Part shown: positions 10,917-20,591 of the stretch, piece after piece
How the letters are laid out: the number at the start of each line of letters is the position of its first letter
Position numbering within the stretch: position 1 is the first letter of the stretch
Assembly: GCA_965217865.1 (NCBI GenBank)
Contig: CBDCJO010000002.1
Span: 2,944,001 to 3,008,000, forward strand
Reading direction: 5' to 3'
Length of the DNA stretch: 64,000 nucleotides
Source of the DNA: Candidatus Latescibacterota bacterium
GTDB lineage: Bacteria; Latescibacterota; UBA2968; SICM01
Notes under the pieces: model-generated
The model's database searches: none
What the model saw: only the letters and a program-made list of their open reading frames with translations
Told to the model about the DNA's origin: nothing
Program-made: the position numbers and the translations under genes

Positions 10917-12422
10917 ATGACTTTTTTTTCGCCGCCTTCATATCCTCCCACACTGACGGGGCGGATGGCGCGAGGTGTCAAGTGGGCCGGTGCTGCCCAG
11001 ACCGTGGACTACATCGTCACGATCGTTTCACTATCGATCCTTGCCCATCTTTTGAGTGCAGCCGACTTCGGGGCTCAGGCCGCAGCGGCCGCTGTCGTGG
11101 GTATACCGATAATGATCGGCGACCTGGGGTTTGGTAATGCACTGATTCAATCCCCTTCCCTGGTCCGGGGGAACGTCCGGTGGGCGTCTCTGATCTGTAC
11201 AGGGTCGGGACTTTCGCTGGGATTTCTGCTCCTTTCCCTTTCGTCCCGGATCGGATTGTTCTTTCAGGTTGGAGAGCAGGTCGGGGATCTGCTCGATATT
11301 CTGTGGCTCTGTGTTCTCTTTCACCCTCCGGGAGCGATTCCGCGGGCGTTAATGACCCGGAGGATGGACTTCAAGCGTCTTGCTGTGATCGATGCGGCAT
11401 CGGCACTGATGTCCGGTGTCACCGCGGTTTTTCTCGCTATGACGGGGGAAGGGGCCCGGAGCCTTGCTTGGGGATATGTCGTCCGGGTTGCGAGTTCATC
11501 AGCCATTTCGTGGATTTGTTTTCCGAGCATCCCGGCACAAGAAGGTGAAAGGACAACCGTTCGAGCCCTCATGAAGTTTGGGCTCAGGTCGAATGGGGCC
11601 GGGATCCTGAACTACCTCTCGGCAAACATCGACTACTTCCTGATCGGACGATACCTCGGACAAACCTCCCTGGGGGTCTACTACCTGGCCTACCAGCTCG
11701 TGTCGCTCGCCTATTTCAGGTTCGTCTCGATTTTACTGAAGGTTCTCTTCCCGGCCCTGTCGTCGATTCAGGATGACCTGGACAGGTTAAAGCGTGGCTA
11801 CCTCCGGGCCATCCGGGGGATCGCTCTTTTTGCGTTCCCGATTCTGACGATCCTGGGTGCCCTGGCGGACCCGATTGTGGCCGTCTTTTATGGTGCGGAT
11901 AAACAAGCTGCATCTTTGCTCGTTCAGATTCTCTGCATCATGGGAATCTGCAAGTCGGTCGGGGGGGCCGTGGGCCCGATCTTTCTGGCAAGGGGAAGGG
12001 CGGATTTCGCATTATTCTGGAATCTTTTTGCTCTGATAACCACGGGATCGGCCGTGATGATCGGCATCTCTTACGGAACCGTAGGTGTGGCGTTGGGGAT
12101 CGGCTTGAACTCCCTGCTGCTCCTTACGATCTCCGAGGGGCTGGTTCATCGCCTTATACCCCTGGATTTCCAGACTTATTTAAAGGCCTTGATCCCTAGG
12201 TTGTTTTCAGCAATCGGGGCGGGACTCGCGACAAGTTTCGGGATTGTATTTGCGGTTCCTCACCTTTCATCGACAGCCACCCTAATATCTGGTGCTATTT
12301 TCGGAGGAATCCCCTATATGTTGTTAATCCGTGTTCTCGATCGAAAGGCCTTTTCAGAAGCCCGTGAGTTCCTGTACTTGCTGGGGTTGACCCAGACAAG
12401 TAGGAATGGTAATTCGACTTGA
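10917..12422 (+). CDS. wzx: Wzx/WzxC-type polysaccharide flippase
   Basis: LSAADFG, DLGFGNALIQ, RRMDFKRLA, NIDYFLIGRYLG..SLGVY; many TM segments. Confidence 0.9.
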   Translation: MTFFSPPSYPPTLTGRMARGVKWAGAAQTVDYIVTIVSLSILAHLLSAADFGAQAAAAAVVGIPIMIGDLGFGNALIQSPSLVRGNVRWASLICTGSGLSLGFLLLSLSSRIGLFFQVGEQVGDLLDILWLCVLFHPPGAIPRALMTRRMDFKRLAVIDAASALMSGVTAVFLAMTGEGARSLAWGYVVRVASSSAISWICFPSIPAQEGERTTVRALMKFGLRSNGAGILNYLSANIDYFLIGRYLGQTSLGVYYLAYQLVSLAYFRFVSILLKVLFPALSSIQDDLDRLKRGYLRAIRGIALFAFPILTILGALADPIVAVFYGADKQAASLLVQILCIMGICKSVGGAVGPIFLARGRADFALFWNLFALITTGSAVMIGISYGTVGVALGIGLNSLLLLTISEGLVHRLIPLDFQTYLKALIPRLFSAIGAGLATSFGIVFAVPHLSSTATLISGAIFGGIPYMLLIRVLDRKAFSEAREFLYLLGLTQTSRNGNST

Positions 12423-12533
12423 CATCTTCATTGATTTTCTTGTGTGTTGGCGTTATATTTATTCGTTTTTGACATTTAGGGCGAATTTCGCCCGGTTTAA
12501 GATCACCTCCCGGCCAGAGCCGTTAAAACTTCG

Positions 12534-13658
12534 ATGCGTCTCCTTTTTTTGATGCCCTATGGTCGGATGGCGGCCAGCAGCAGGACGCGTGTGTATCAAT
12601 ACCTCCCATACCTGGACAGGATGGGGATCCGGTATGATATCCTGACTGCATTTTCCGACTCCCGGATCCGTGAGATCACGCTCCCGCTCCTGCACCGATG
12701 GGGACGGAAGGTCTTTTACTATATCGAGGGATGGTTCAGGATGCTCCGGCTTGGATGGAGAATCTTAAACCGCGCCCGAATGTATGACATCCTGTTCATC
12801 CAGCGGGTGATCTTCCCTACCCCGATCCCATTGCTTCTCCGCTGTATGAAGGCCCCGGTTGTTTATGATTTTGACGACGCGATTTTCACAACCGACATCA
12901 CGGAACGAAATTTTGTCAACCGCATCGTCCGATGGCGGAACGGGCGAAAATTACCGGCCATGTTGAAGAGCGCCTCTCACGTGGTCGTGGAGAACGAATA
13001 CACCAGGGCGTACGCGGAACGCTACTGTCCTAACGTTACGACGATCACTGGACCGATCGATACAAACCGGTATTGTCCTTCTGAGAAGAACGGATCTTCA
13101 AACGGCAGCCTGACGCTTGGATGGATCGGTAGTCCGACCACTGAGAAATACCTGGAAGCGATCAGAAGACCCCTCGAAGCGGTGGGACGTCGGTTTCCGT
13201 CCGTTCGGCTCCTCCTGATCGGCGCTCCTAAATTCAAGGTCCGAGGGCTTCCGACCGAGCATCGGGGATGGGACGTGGACAGGGAGGTGGCGGACCTCCA
13301 GGGATTTGACATCGGATTGATGCCCCTTTCCGACGATGCGTGGACGCGCGGAAAGGGGGGCTACAAATTGTTGCAATACATGGCTATAGGTATTCCCGCG
13401 ATCGCGAGTCCGGTGGGGATCAATCGCGTTCTGGTGGAGGATGAGGTGAACGGTTTTCAGGCAAACTCGGAGCAGGAGTGGACCCATCAACTGTTTCGCC
13501 TGATCGAGGATACAGATCTCCGGCGGCGCATGGGGGAAGAGGGACGTCGGAGAATGGAACGCGACTACGCCCTTTCGGTGAGCGCGGACCGGCTGATTGA
13601 GGTATTGAAGTCGACTTGCCCAGATCGATCCGCATCCTCCGCATCATCGACCGGCTGA
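12534..13658 (+). CDS. Glycosyltransferase family 4
   Basis: ASSRTRVYQY, YDFDDAIF, GWIGS, FDIGLMPL, GKGGYKLLQYMA.G.P. Confidence 0.93.
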   Translation: MRLLFLMPYGRMAASSRTRVYQYLPYLDRMGIRYDILTAFSDSRIREITLPLLHRWGRKVFYYIEGWFRMLRLGWRILNRARMYDILFIQRVIFPTPIPLLLRCMKAPVVYDFDDAIFTTDITERNFVNRIVRWRNGRKLPAMLKSASHVVVENEYTRAYAERYCPNVTTITGPIDTNRYCPSEKNGSSNGSLTLGWIGSPTTEKYLEAIRRPLEAVGRRFPSVRLLLIGAPKFKVRGLPTEHRGWDVDREVADLQGFDIGLMPLSDDAWTRGKGGYKLLQYMAIGIPAIASPVGINRVLVEDEVNGFQANSEQEWTHQLFRLIEDTDLRRRMGEEGRRRMERDYALSVSADRLIEVLKSTCPDRSASSASSTG

Positions 13659-14776
13659 ATGTGGGGGGGCCAGCCCAGCACGTCTCGCTTCTGACGAGTC
13701 GATTGGAGGACATGGGATACAAGACGATCCTCGTCAAAGGTTCCGTGGCCCCAGGCGAGATCGAGATGAGGGACGTTATCGTCGAGACAGGCATTCGACC
13801 GGTCTCAGTCCCGACGTTGGGTCGCGCGTTGTCGTGGCAGGACGATCTTAAGTCTCTGGTTTTTCTTTATAGGACCATTCGACGGTTCCGGCCGGACATC
13901 GTTCATACGCATAAGTCCAAGGCTGGCCTTTTGGGAAGGCTTGCCGCCCTACTGGCGGGTGTCCCGGGGATTGTCCATACGTTTCACGGTAACGTTTTTC
14001 ACGGTTACTTCGGTCGAATCAAGTCAAGGCTCGTTGTCCTTGTCGAACGGCTGCTGGGAGGCGTAACCGATCGTATCGTGACGCTGAGTCCGAAACAACG
14101 AATAGAGATCCTGAGTTATCGTATTGCATCACCGGATCGTGTAAAGAGCATCCCTCTCGGACTGGTTCTGGATCGCTTTCGCAGATGCGACGGTCTTGGG
14201 GGAGATTTTCGGGCGGAACTGGGGGCCCCAGGTGATATTTCACTCGTGGGCCTGGTCGGACGACTTGTTCCGATCAAGGGTGTACATGTCTTTCTAAAGG
14301 CCGCGGCGAACCTTCTGACACGGTTCCCCCGGGTCTGTTTCGTGGTTGTAGGAGATGGAGAAAGGAGGGAAGCGTTAGAATCTGAGGCCAGGAGTTTGGG
14401 GATCGAAGGTTCCGTCAGATTCATGGGATACCGGAGGGATACGGATCGGATCTACGCCTCTCTGGACCTGTTCGTACTGTCGTCCTACAATGAGGGGTTG
14501 CCGGTGACGATTATTGAGGCCTTGACGGCCGGGTGCTATGTGGTGGCCACAAACGTTGGCGGCGTATCTGACCTGATAACTAACGAACGTGTCGGTATGA
14601 TTGTTGAACCCGGAAATCCGGAGAGCCTTTCCGAGGCGATGGGCCGCGCCTTATCGGAGCATCGGATTCCTCCGGAATCCGATCGGGATGTTATGTGTCG
14701 ACGATACGGAATTGATAGGTTGACGGCTGACCTGGATTGTTTGTATCGCGGACTGGTTTTTAAACGCAACGCGTAA
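13616..14776 (+). CDS. Glycosyltransferase family 4
   Basis: RLNVGGPA, HTHKSKAG, VGRLVPIKG, EGLPVTIIEA, TNVGGV. Confidence 0.93.
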   Translation: MPRSIRILRIIDRLNVGGPAQHVSLLTSRLEDMGYKTILVKGSVAPGEIEMRDVIVETGIRPVSVPTLGRALSWQDDLKSLVFLYRTIRRFRPDIVHTHKSKAGLLGRLAALLAGVPGIVHTFHGNVFHGYFGRIKSRLVVLVERLLGGVTDRIVTLSPKQRIEILSYRIASPDRVKSIPLGLVLDRFRRCDGLGGDFRAELGAPGDISLVGLVGRLVPIKGVHVFLKAAANLLTRFPRVCFVVVGDGERREALESEARSLGIEGSVRFMGYRRDTDRIYASLDLFVLSSYNEGLPVTIIEALTAGCYVVATNVGGVSDLITNERVGMIVEPGNPESLSEAMGRALSEHRIPPESDRDVMCRRYGIDRLTADLDCLYRGLVFKRNA

Positions 14777-14808
14777 AAAAAGGATGCCTTTCGGGAGGGC
14801 AGAGGCGT

Positions 14809-15774
14809 ATGCGAGTGTTGATCACGGGCGGCGCAGGGTTCATTGGATCCCATCTGGCAGAGCGGCTGCTGGAAAGAGGCGATGAGGTCGGCGTAATCGA
14901 TAATCTGTCGACCGGCAGCTTTTCCAACATCAGCCATCTGGAGGGCAATCCCCGGTTCAAGATCATTATCGATACGGTTCAAGACGAGAAGGTGCTGAAG
15001 GATCTGATAAAAGATTGCGATATCATTTATCATCTCGCCGCGGCGGTCGGTGTACAGTATATTATCGACAACCCGCTGGAATCTCTGATCAACAACATTC
15101 GGAGCACGGAGATCATCCTGGAGTTGGCAAATGCAGAAAAGAAGAAGGTCGTCCTGGCCTCCTCCTCCGAGATCTACGGTAAGAAGAACGGCAAGGTTCC
15201 TTTCCGTGAGGATGATGACCGAATTCTCGGGCCACCGACGGTCACCAGGTGGAGCTATTCCACGTCCAAGGCCGTGGATGAGCTTTTGGCTCTTGGCTAC
15301 TGGCGTGAGAAGAAGCTGCCTACCGTTATCGTCCGGTTCTTCAATGTGATCGGGCCACGACAGATCGGTCGATATGGTATGGTCGTCCCCAGGTTCATCA
15401 AACAGGCTCTTCTCAACCACCCGATCACCGTCTATGGAGACGGAGAGCAACGCCGTTGTTTTACGGATATCGACGATGCCCTGGACGGTCTTGTCGCACT
15501 CGCCGAACATCCCGATGCGGTGGGTGGAATCTTCAACCTCGGATCCAATTTCGAGATCAGCATCAAGGATCTGGCCAACAAGATCAAGACGATGGCCGAA
15601 AGCTCGTCCCAGATCAAGTTTGTGCCTTACGCGGAGGCACACGCCAACGGGTGGTACGAGGACCTCCGATACCGAGTTCCGAATCTGGATAAGATAAAGT
15701 CCTTCATCGGGTATGATCCGAAATATAACCTGGATTCCACCCTCAGGAAGATCATTACATTTTATGAAGCATAG
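14809..15774 (+). CDS. NDP-sugar epimerase/dehydratase (extended SDR)
   Basis: TGGAGFIGSHL, HLAAAVG, ASSSEIYG, YSTSK, RFFNVIGPRQ. Confidence 0.93.
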   Translation: MRVLITGGAGFIGSHLAERLLERGDEVGVIDNLSTGSFSNISHLEGNPRFKIIIDTVQDEKVLKDLIKDCDIIYHLAAAVGVQYIIDNPLESLINNIRSTEIILELANAEKKKVVLASSSEIYGKKNGKVPFREDDDRILGPPTVTRWSYSTSKAVDELLALGYWREKKLPTVIVRFFNVIGPRQIGRYGMVVPRFIKQALLNHPITVYGDGEQRRCFTDIDDALDGLVALAEHPDAVGGIFNLGSNFEISIKDLANKIKTMAESSSQIKFVPYAEAHANGWYEDLRYRVPNLDKIKSFIGYDPKYNLDSTLRKIITFYEA

Positions 15775-15887
15775 AAAAAAGGCTCGGCGTCGGGAGTCGT
15801 AAGTTGAAAGCTATGGGTCGGAAGCTTAGGGCCAGTGTCCCCGTCCTCAATGTCTGATTTTTCATCCGAAACTTCAAGGAGTCGCTC

Positions 15888-16025
15888 GTGAAACGAACTT
15901 TTCAACCCAGCAATCGAAGCAAGAAGAACACACACGGATTTCGTAAGAGGATGAAGAGCCCCGGCGGCCGAAATGTTCTCAATCGAAGGAGAGCAAAGGG
16001 ACGGAAGCGGGTCTCGGTCCAATAA
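15888..16025 (+). CDS. rpmH: 50S ribosomal protein L34 (not in ORF track)
   Basis: GTG start after AAGGAG; translates [45 protein letters not shown]. Confidence 0.97.
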   Translation: MKRTFQPSNRSKKNTHGFRKRMKSPGGRNVLNRRRAKGRKRVSVQ

Positions 16026-16115
16026 AGGACCGTATATCGTGAATCGTATCTCGTACGAGTTCAAGATTGATTTTTGGGCTTCACCCTTCGCGCGATACGC
16101 TTCACGGCTTTTTTT

Positions 16116-17228
16116 ATGCGCATCGATCGTATCGAGATCTATTATGTCAGCATGCCGTTGATCTACCCGTGGAAGACGGCCTATGGTGAAGATGCTGACA
16201 TCCACTCCGTCCTTTTCAACCTGATCTCCGGAGACTATGATGGCTGGGGTGAGTCCACTCCATTTTTCGCACCGACCTATTCCCCCGAGACGGCATCCAC
16301 GGTCTTTGTTCTCAATCAGGAGGTCTTCTGTCCAAGGCTCGTCGGCCGGGATTTCGAATCTGCGGACGCGCTGCTCGATGACCTGAACCTCTTCAAGGGA
16401 AACCCGTTCGCAAAAGCGGGTCCCGAGTCCGCCTGGTGGGACTTGAAGGCGAGGATGGACGGTCAACCGCTCGGGCGACTTTTCGGTATCCAGAAATCGC
16501 GGGTCGAGGCAGGATCGGACTTCGGAGTTCAGGACACTTTGGACATGCTTCTGGAGAAGATTCAGGGGGCGATCGACCATGGCTTCAAGCGGACCAAGCT
16601 GAAGGTTCGACCCGGATGGGACCTGGAGATGCTGCGGCTGGTCCGAAGCACATTTCCAGGACACACCTTCCATATTGACTGCAACTCCGGTTACTCCATG
16701 GAGGATCTACCTTTTTTCAAGCAGGTGGATAAGCTTGAGTTGGCGATGATCGAACAACCGTTGTTTCACCGCGATCTGATAGATCACGCCGAACTTCAAG
16801 CCCAGCTGGAAACCCCTATCTGCCTGGACGAATCTATCACCTCGATGCGGGATCTGGAAGTGGCCCTGAAATTGAAGTCGCTTCGCTATCTGAATATCAA
16901 GCCGGGCCGCGTTGGGGGTTTCTCCGTGGCAAAATCCCTGCACGATCGTGCCGCCGATGCCGGAATTCCGTGCTGGATAGGAGGTATGCTGGAGAGCGGC
17001 ATCGGGGCGGGTCTCAACATCGAACTGGCCGGCCTGAGCAACTTCACTTATCCAGCAGACCTCTTTCCCTCCGCTTTCTTCTACCGTCGGGACCTCACGG
17101 AGCCGGAGTTGGAGCTGAATCCCGACTGCACGTTCAGCACATCGACCGTCCCCGGAACCCCATATCGGCCCGACATGGAACGGGTCGAGGCGGCCACCCT
17201 CCGCAAGGCGGTTGTCGAAAAGCAGTGA
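16116..17228 (+). CDS. menC: o-succinylbenzoate synthase / N-succinylamino acid racemase (enolase superfamily)
   Basis: GWGE, KLKVRPG, IDCN, MIEQPL, CLDESI, NIKPGRVGG, WIGGMLESGIG. Confidence 0.85.
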   Translation: MRIDRIEIYYVSMPLIYPWKTAYGEDADIHSVLFNLISGDYDGWGESTPFFAPTYSPETASTVFVLNQEVFCPRLVGRDFESADALLDDLNLFKGNPFAKAGPESAWWDLKARMDGQPLGRLFGIQKSRVEAGSDFGVQDTLDMLLEKIQGAIDHGFKRTKLKVRPGWDLEMLRLVRSTFPGHTFHIDCNSGYSMEDLPFFKQVDKLELAMIEQPLFHRDLIDHAELQAQLETPICLDESITSMRDLEVALKLKSLRYLNIKPGRVGGFSVAKSLHDRAADAGIPCWIGGMLESGIGAGLNIELAGLSNFTYPADLFPSAFFYRRDLTEPELELNPDCTFSTSTVPGTPYRPDMERVEAATLRKAVVEKQ

Positions 17229-17387
17229 AACGGGAGAGCCCATTCCCTCCAACCCCGCCGAAAATCAGAAATCAGAAATCAGAATTCGGAAGTCAGGAGC
17301 CAGAAGGCAGAAGAAGATGATAACCGAAGCCGTGAAGAAGTGAGTGTGCTGCCGGAATCAGTAGGCTTTTAAGATAAAGGTTGTTCT

Positions 17388-17888
17388 GTGAAAGTAGAAG
17401 GCACCAATACGATCAAGGCAACTGCAGAGCGCGTATATCAGGCGCTTACCGATCCGGCCATTCTCCAGAAGTGTATGCCGGGCTGCGAAAAATTGGAGAT
17501 TGTTGAAGGGGACCAGTACGAGATCGTCTTGAGCGTGGGGGTGGGCGCGATCAAGGGAAAATACTCGGGATCTATTCGGCTGGAGGAAACGACACCACCG
17601 TCGCACTTTCGGATGATCGTGGATATCCGGGGTAAGATGGGCTTCGTGAACGGGTCCGGCTCGGTGGACCTTACATCTCAGGAGGAGGAAACGACCGTCG
17701 GATATTCGGGAGACGTTCAGGTAGGCGGTCCGGTGGCCGCGGTGGGACAGCGGATGCTTCATGGCACGTCCCGGATGATTGTGCGGCAGGTGTTCGGGGC
17801 CGTCGAGGCTGAAGCGATGGCCCTTCCGGGTGCGGAAGTCCAACATGGCGTTGTTCGTGATCTCCTTCGAACGGTGAAAAAGCCGTGA
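17388..17888 (+). CDS. coxG: CoxG/SRPBCC family protein
   Basis: VYQALTDPAILQKCMPGCE, GVGAIKGKYSG, VGGPVAAVGQRML. Confidence 0.85.
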   Translation: MKVEGTNTIKATAERVYQALTDPAILQKCMPGCEKLEIVEGDQYEIVLSVGVGAIKGKYSGSIRLEETTPPSHFRMIVDIRGKMGFVNGSGSVDLTSQEEETTVGYSGDVQVGGPVAAVGQRMLHGTSRMIVRQVFGAVEAEAMALPGAEVQHGVVRDLLRTVKKP

Positions 17889-17927
17889 AATGATAGCCGT
17901 GAAATGTATGGAATCATAACATATTCA

Positions 17928-17952
17928 GGGCGATCTCAGGATCGCCCGTTTT
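17928..17952 (+). terminator. Intrinsic terminator after coxG
   Basis: gggcgatc-tcag-gatcgccc followed by gttttaattt. Confidence 0.6.
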
Positions 17953-18013
17953 AATTTAAATTAGTTTGGCGTTCCAATGATGAGGTCGGTCAAAGTTCCA
18001 GATATCTAGTTTC

Positions 18014-19339
18014 ATGTTCCAAAAGAGTTTGGCAAATATGACGAAGACCGCACAGAAAATCCTCGATCGGCTGACGGGCCCCGGCGAGCTCGGCGGCCAA
18101 TCACTGCCGAAGAACTTCGTAATGCCCGCGTACGATGGTTTCAGCCTAGCGAACATTCCCGTCACTGTGCTCGAACATTTCGGCGTGAAAGGACCAGGGA
18201 CCCCGCCTCTGGACCCGGAGGTCATCGGCGACCGGTTGAAGGGATCACGGAAGGTTGTTGTACTCCTTCTGGATGCCCTTGGCTATCTTCCCCTGATCAA
18301 GCAAATGGGGACGGATCGCGCGTTGGGCTTAAACGATCTTGCGCGTCGAGGGCGTTTCGTTCCCCTAACCTCTGTGTTTCCGTCCCAGACATCGGTGACT
18401 CTTATGTCTCTTGCGACCGGCCTCCTCCCTTCGGAGCACGGGGTGACGGGATACAGGATGTATCTTCCGGATCGCGGCGTTGTGGCCAACATGATTCGCC
18501 TCAGTCCGGACTCGGATGAACGGTCGAATCGGTTGATGTTGGACAACCCGGGGGGTAAATCTCTTCTTCGGGCCCCCACCGTACACGAAAGGCTGACCCG
18601 GGCAGGGATCGCGTCCTATTGTCTTGTTCAGGACCCGATATACGGCAGTGGTCTTTCCAAGATACTCTATCGGGGGGCGACCGGAACCCTTCCTTTTATC
18701 AACTCCTCAGACATGTTTGTCCAGATCCGCAGGCTCGTCGAAACCGATCCGGAGACGCCAGCCTGCATCTGGGCGTACTGGGGGGCGCTGGATACGATCC
18801 AACACGCCTACGGCACCTGGGTCGAAGAGTCGGCGGCAGAGGTTCGGAATATCGCTTTTTCCCTTCAAAAAGAATTACTGGACCCCTTGCGGCGATCGAA
18901 GACCTCCGGGGCAACCCTGATCTTGACCTCGGACCACGGTCATATCCAAGTGAAACAGGAGGATGTGATCCTGACATCGAGGCTGGGAAGGCTGAAAGGG
19001 GCAATGGTCGTACCTCCGACCGGGACGGGGAGGTCGGTCTATCTGCACCTGAAGGATGGATCGGTTCCCGACGTGCTTAAATATTTGAGAAAGACTCTAG
19101 CCGATCGTGCCGTGGTGATCGAATCCCGCGTAGCCCTCTCAGAAGGTCTGTGGGGGCGAGGACGGCCGATGCCCGAGATGCCGGGCCGCGTAGGGGATCT
19201 CACTTTGTTGATGCGGGACTCCTGTGTGCTGTTCTATCCCTATACGACGAAGTTCAAGCCAACCGGTGTGACGGGCGGACGGCACGGGGCATTGCACAGG
19301 GATGAGATGCTGATTCCGTTCTTTTGCGCGAAGATGTAA
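18014..19339 (+). CDS. Alkaline phosphatase superfamily nucleotide pyrophosphatase/phosphodiesterase
   Basis: LLLDALG, SVFPSQT, DTIQHAYG, TSDHGH, GRHG; start may be 18038. Confidence 0.85.
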   Translation: MFQKSLANMTKTAQKILDRLTGPGELGGQSLPKNFVMPAYDGFSLANIPVTVLEHFGVKGPGTPPLDPEVIGDRLKGSRKVVVLLLDALGYLPLIKQMGTDRALGLNDLARRGRFVPLTSVFPSQTSVTLMSLATGLLPSEHGVTGYRMYLPDRGVVANMIRLSPDSDERSNRLMLDNPGGKSLLRAPTVHERLTRAGIASYCLVQDPIYGSGLSKILYRGATGTLPFINSSDMFVQIRRLVETDPETPACIWAYWGALDTIQHAYGTWVEESAAEVRNIAFSLQKELLDPLRRSKTSGATLILTSDHGHIQVKQEDVILTSRLGRLKGAMVVPPTGTGRSVYLHLKDGSVPDVLKYLRKTLADRAVVIESRVALSEGLWGRGRPMPEMPGRVGDLTLLMRDSCVLFYPYTTKFKPTGVTGGRHGALHRDEMLIPFFCAKM

Positions 19340-19387
19340 ATCCGTGAACGGCAAATGGGGAACAAAGGTTTTTAGGAGGACATTACA

Positions 19388-20488
19388 ATGAACCCGATCG
19401 AGGTACAGCATCTTCCGGTGATGCCGCAGAAGCAGGATTATGGAATCGGTATCTGTGGAACGGGGGGGATCGTGAATGATGCTCATCTGCCGGCGTACCG
19501 GAAGGCGGGATTTAATGTGGTGGGGGTATTCGACGTGAGCCGAGAGGCGGCTGAGCGTACGGCGGCCAAGTTCGAGGTTCCCCGGGTGTATGACAGCCTG
19601 GAACAACTGGTTTCCGACAAACGCGTGGAGATCGTGGATGTCGCGGTGCCTGCGACAGAGAACCAGCAGATCGTCGGGGTCGTTGCCGAGACGGGGAAGC
19701 CGATGATGATTCAAAAGCCTCTTGCTGAGGACTGGGATACCGCACGGGAGACTGTTGCGCTGATCGACCGTCACGGCGTGTCCGCGGCGGTTACCCAGCA
19801 GATGCGTTGGGAGCCCGGGATCCGGGCGACTCATGACCTGATCGAGCGAGGTCTTCTGGGGGAACTGTTCAACATCGCGGTACTCATATTCGTGGACACG
19901 CCGTGGCACCTGTGGGGTTGGCTGATGGAGAAATCTACCATCGATGTGCTCTATCATTCGATTCATTACCTGGATTCGATCCGCTTTCTCGTCGGAAGCG
20001 AACCCGATTCTGTGTTTTGTGATGGAATGACGAAACCGGGGTACGAGACGAAGGGAGAGACGCGCCTTTGCCTTCATCTCTCTTTTGCAGAGACGGCCTC
20101 TAACCTCAGGGCCACGATTCTGACGAATTCTCACGTCTCTTACGGCCTTGAAGGACAGCAGGCCGATTTTCGAGTAGAAGGCACAGAGGGCGCCGCGATT
20201 CGCAAGTTAGGCCTGCTGATGAACTATCCGAAGGGAATCCCGGACGGATTCCGATTCACGAGCCGCCGGCTCGGGGAGTCGACGTGGGTGGATGTGGCCT
20301 TTGCAGAGACGTGGATTCCGGATGCGTTTGTAGGGCCGATCTCCTCGATGATGCGGACTCTGAATGGAGAGATCGATCATCCTGATACAGATGTACACGA
20401 TCATCTGGAAACACTTCGGGTCGTGTTTGCAGCTTATGAGTCGATGAGGACGGGAAGCGTTGTGAGGGTGGGGGGGTATGGGGGGTAA
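19388..20488 (+). CDS. Gfo/Idh/MocA oxidoreductase
   Basis: GICGTGGIVNDAHLPAY, IQKPLA, HSIHYLD. Confidence 0.92.
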   Translation: MNPIEVQHLPVMPQKQDYGIGICGTGGIVNDAHLPAYRKAGFNVVGVFDVSREAAERTAAKFEVPRVYDSLEQLVSDKRVEIVDVAVPATENQQIVGVVAETGKPMMIQKPLAEDWDTARETVALIDRHGVSAAVTQQMRWEPGIRATHDLIERGLLGELFNIAVLIFVDTPWHLWGWLMEKSTIDVLYHSIHYLDSIRFLVGSEPDSVFCDGMTKPGYETKGETRLCLHLSFAETASNLRATILTNSHVSYGLEGQQADFRVEGTEGAAIRKLGLLMNYPKGIPDGFRFTSRRLGESTWVDVAFAETWIPDAFVGPISSMMRTLNGEIDHPDTDVHDHLETLRVVFAAYESMRTGSVVRVGGYGG

Positions 20489-20591
20489 GGTGTAGGGAGT
20501 TATAGAAATTCAAAGGCAAAACGTGGGTTGAAAATGATATTTCAGGAGCCCTCAATTTGGAGAATGATTGGAAAAGGGGAAGGGGTTTGAT

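Noticed and set aside
17388-17888. coxG as evidence of CO oxidation
   Set aside because: No coxL/M/S nearby; CoxG-like proteins are common orphans.
18014-19339. PglZ/BREX defence gene
   Set aside because: Generic alkaline-phosphatase-fold enzyme with no brx genes in the neighbourhood.
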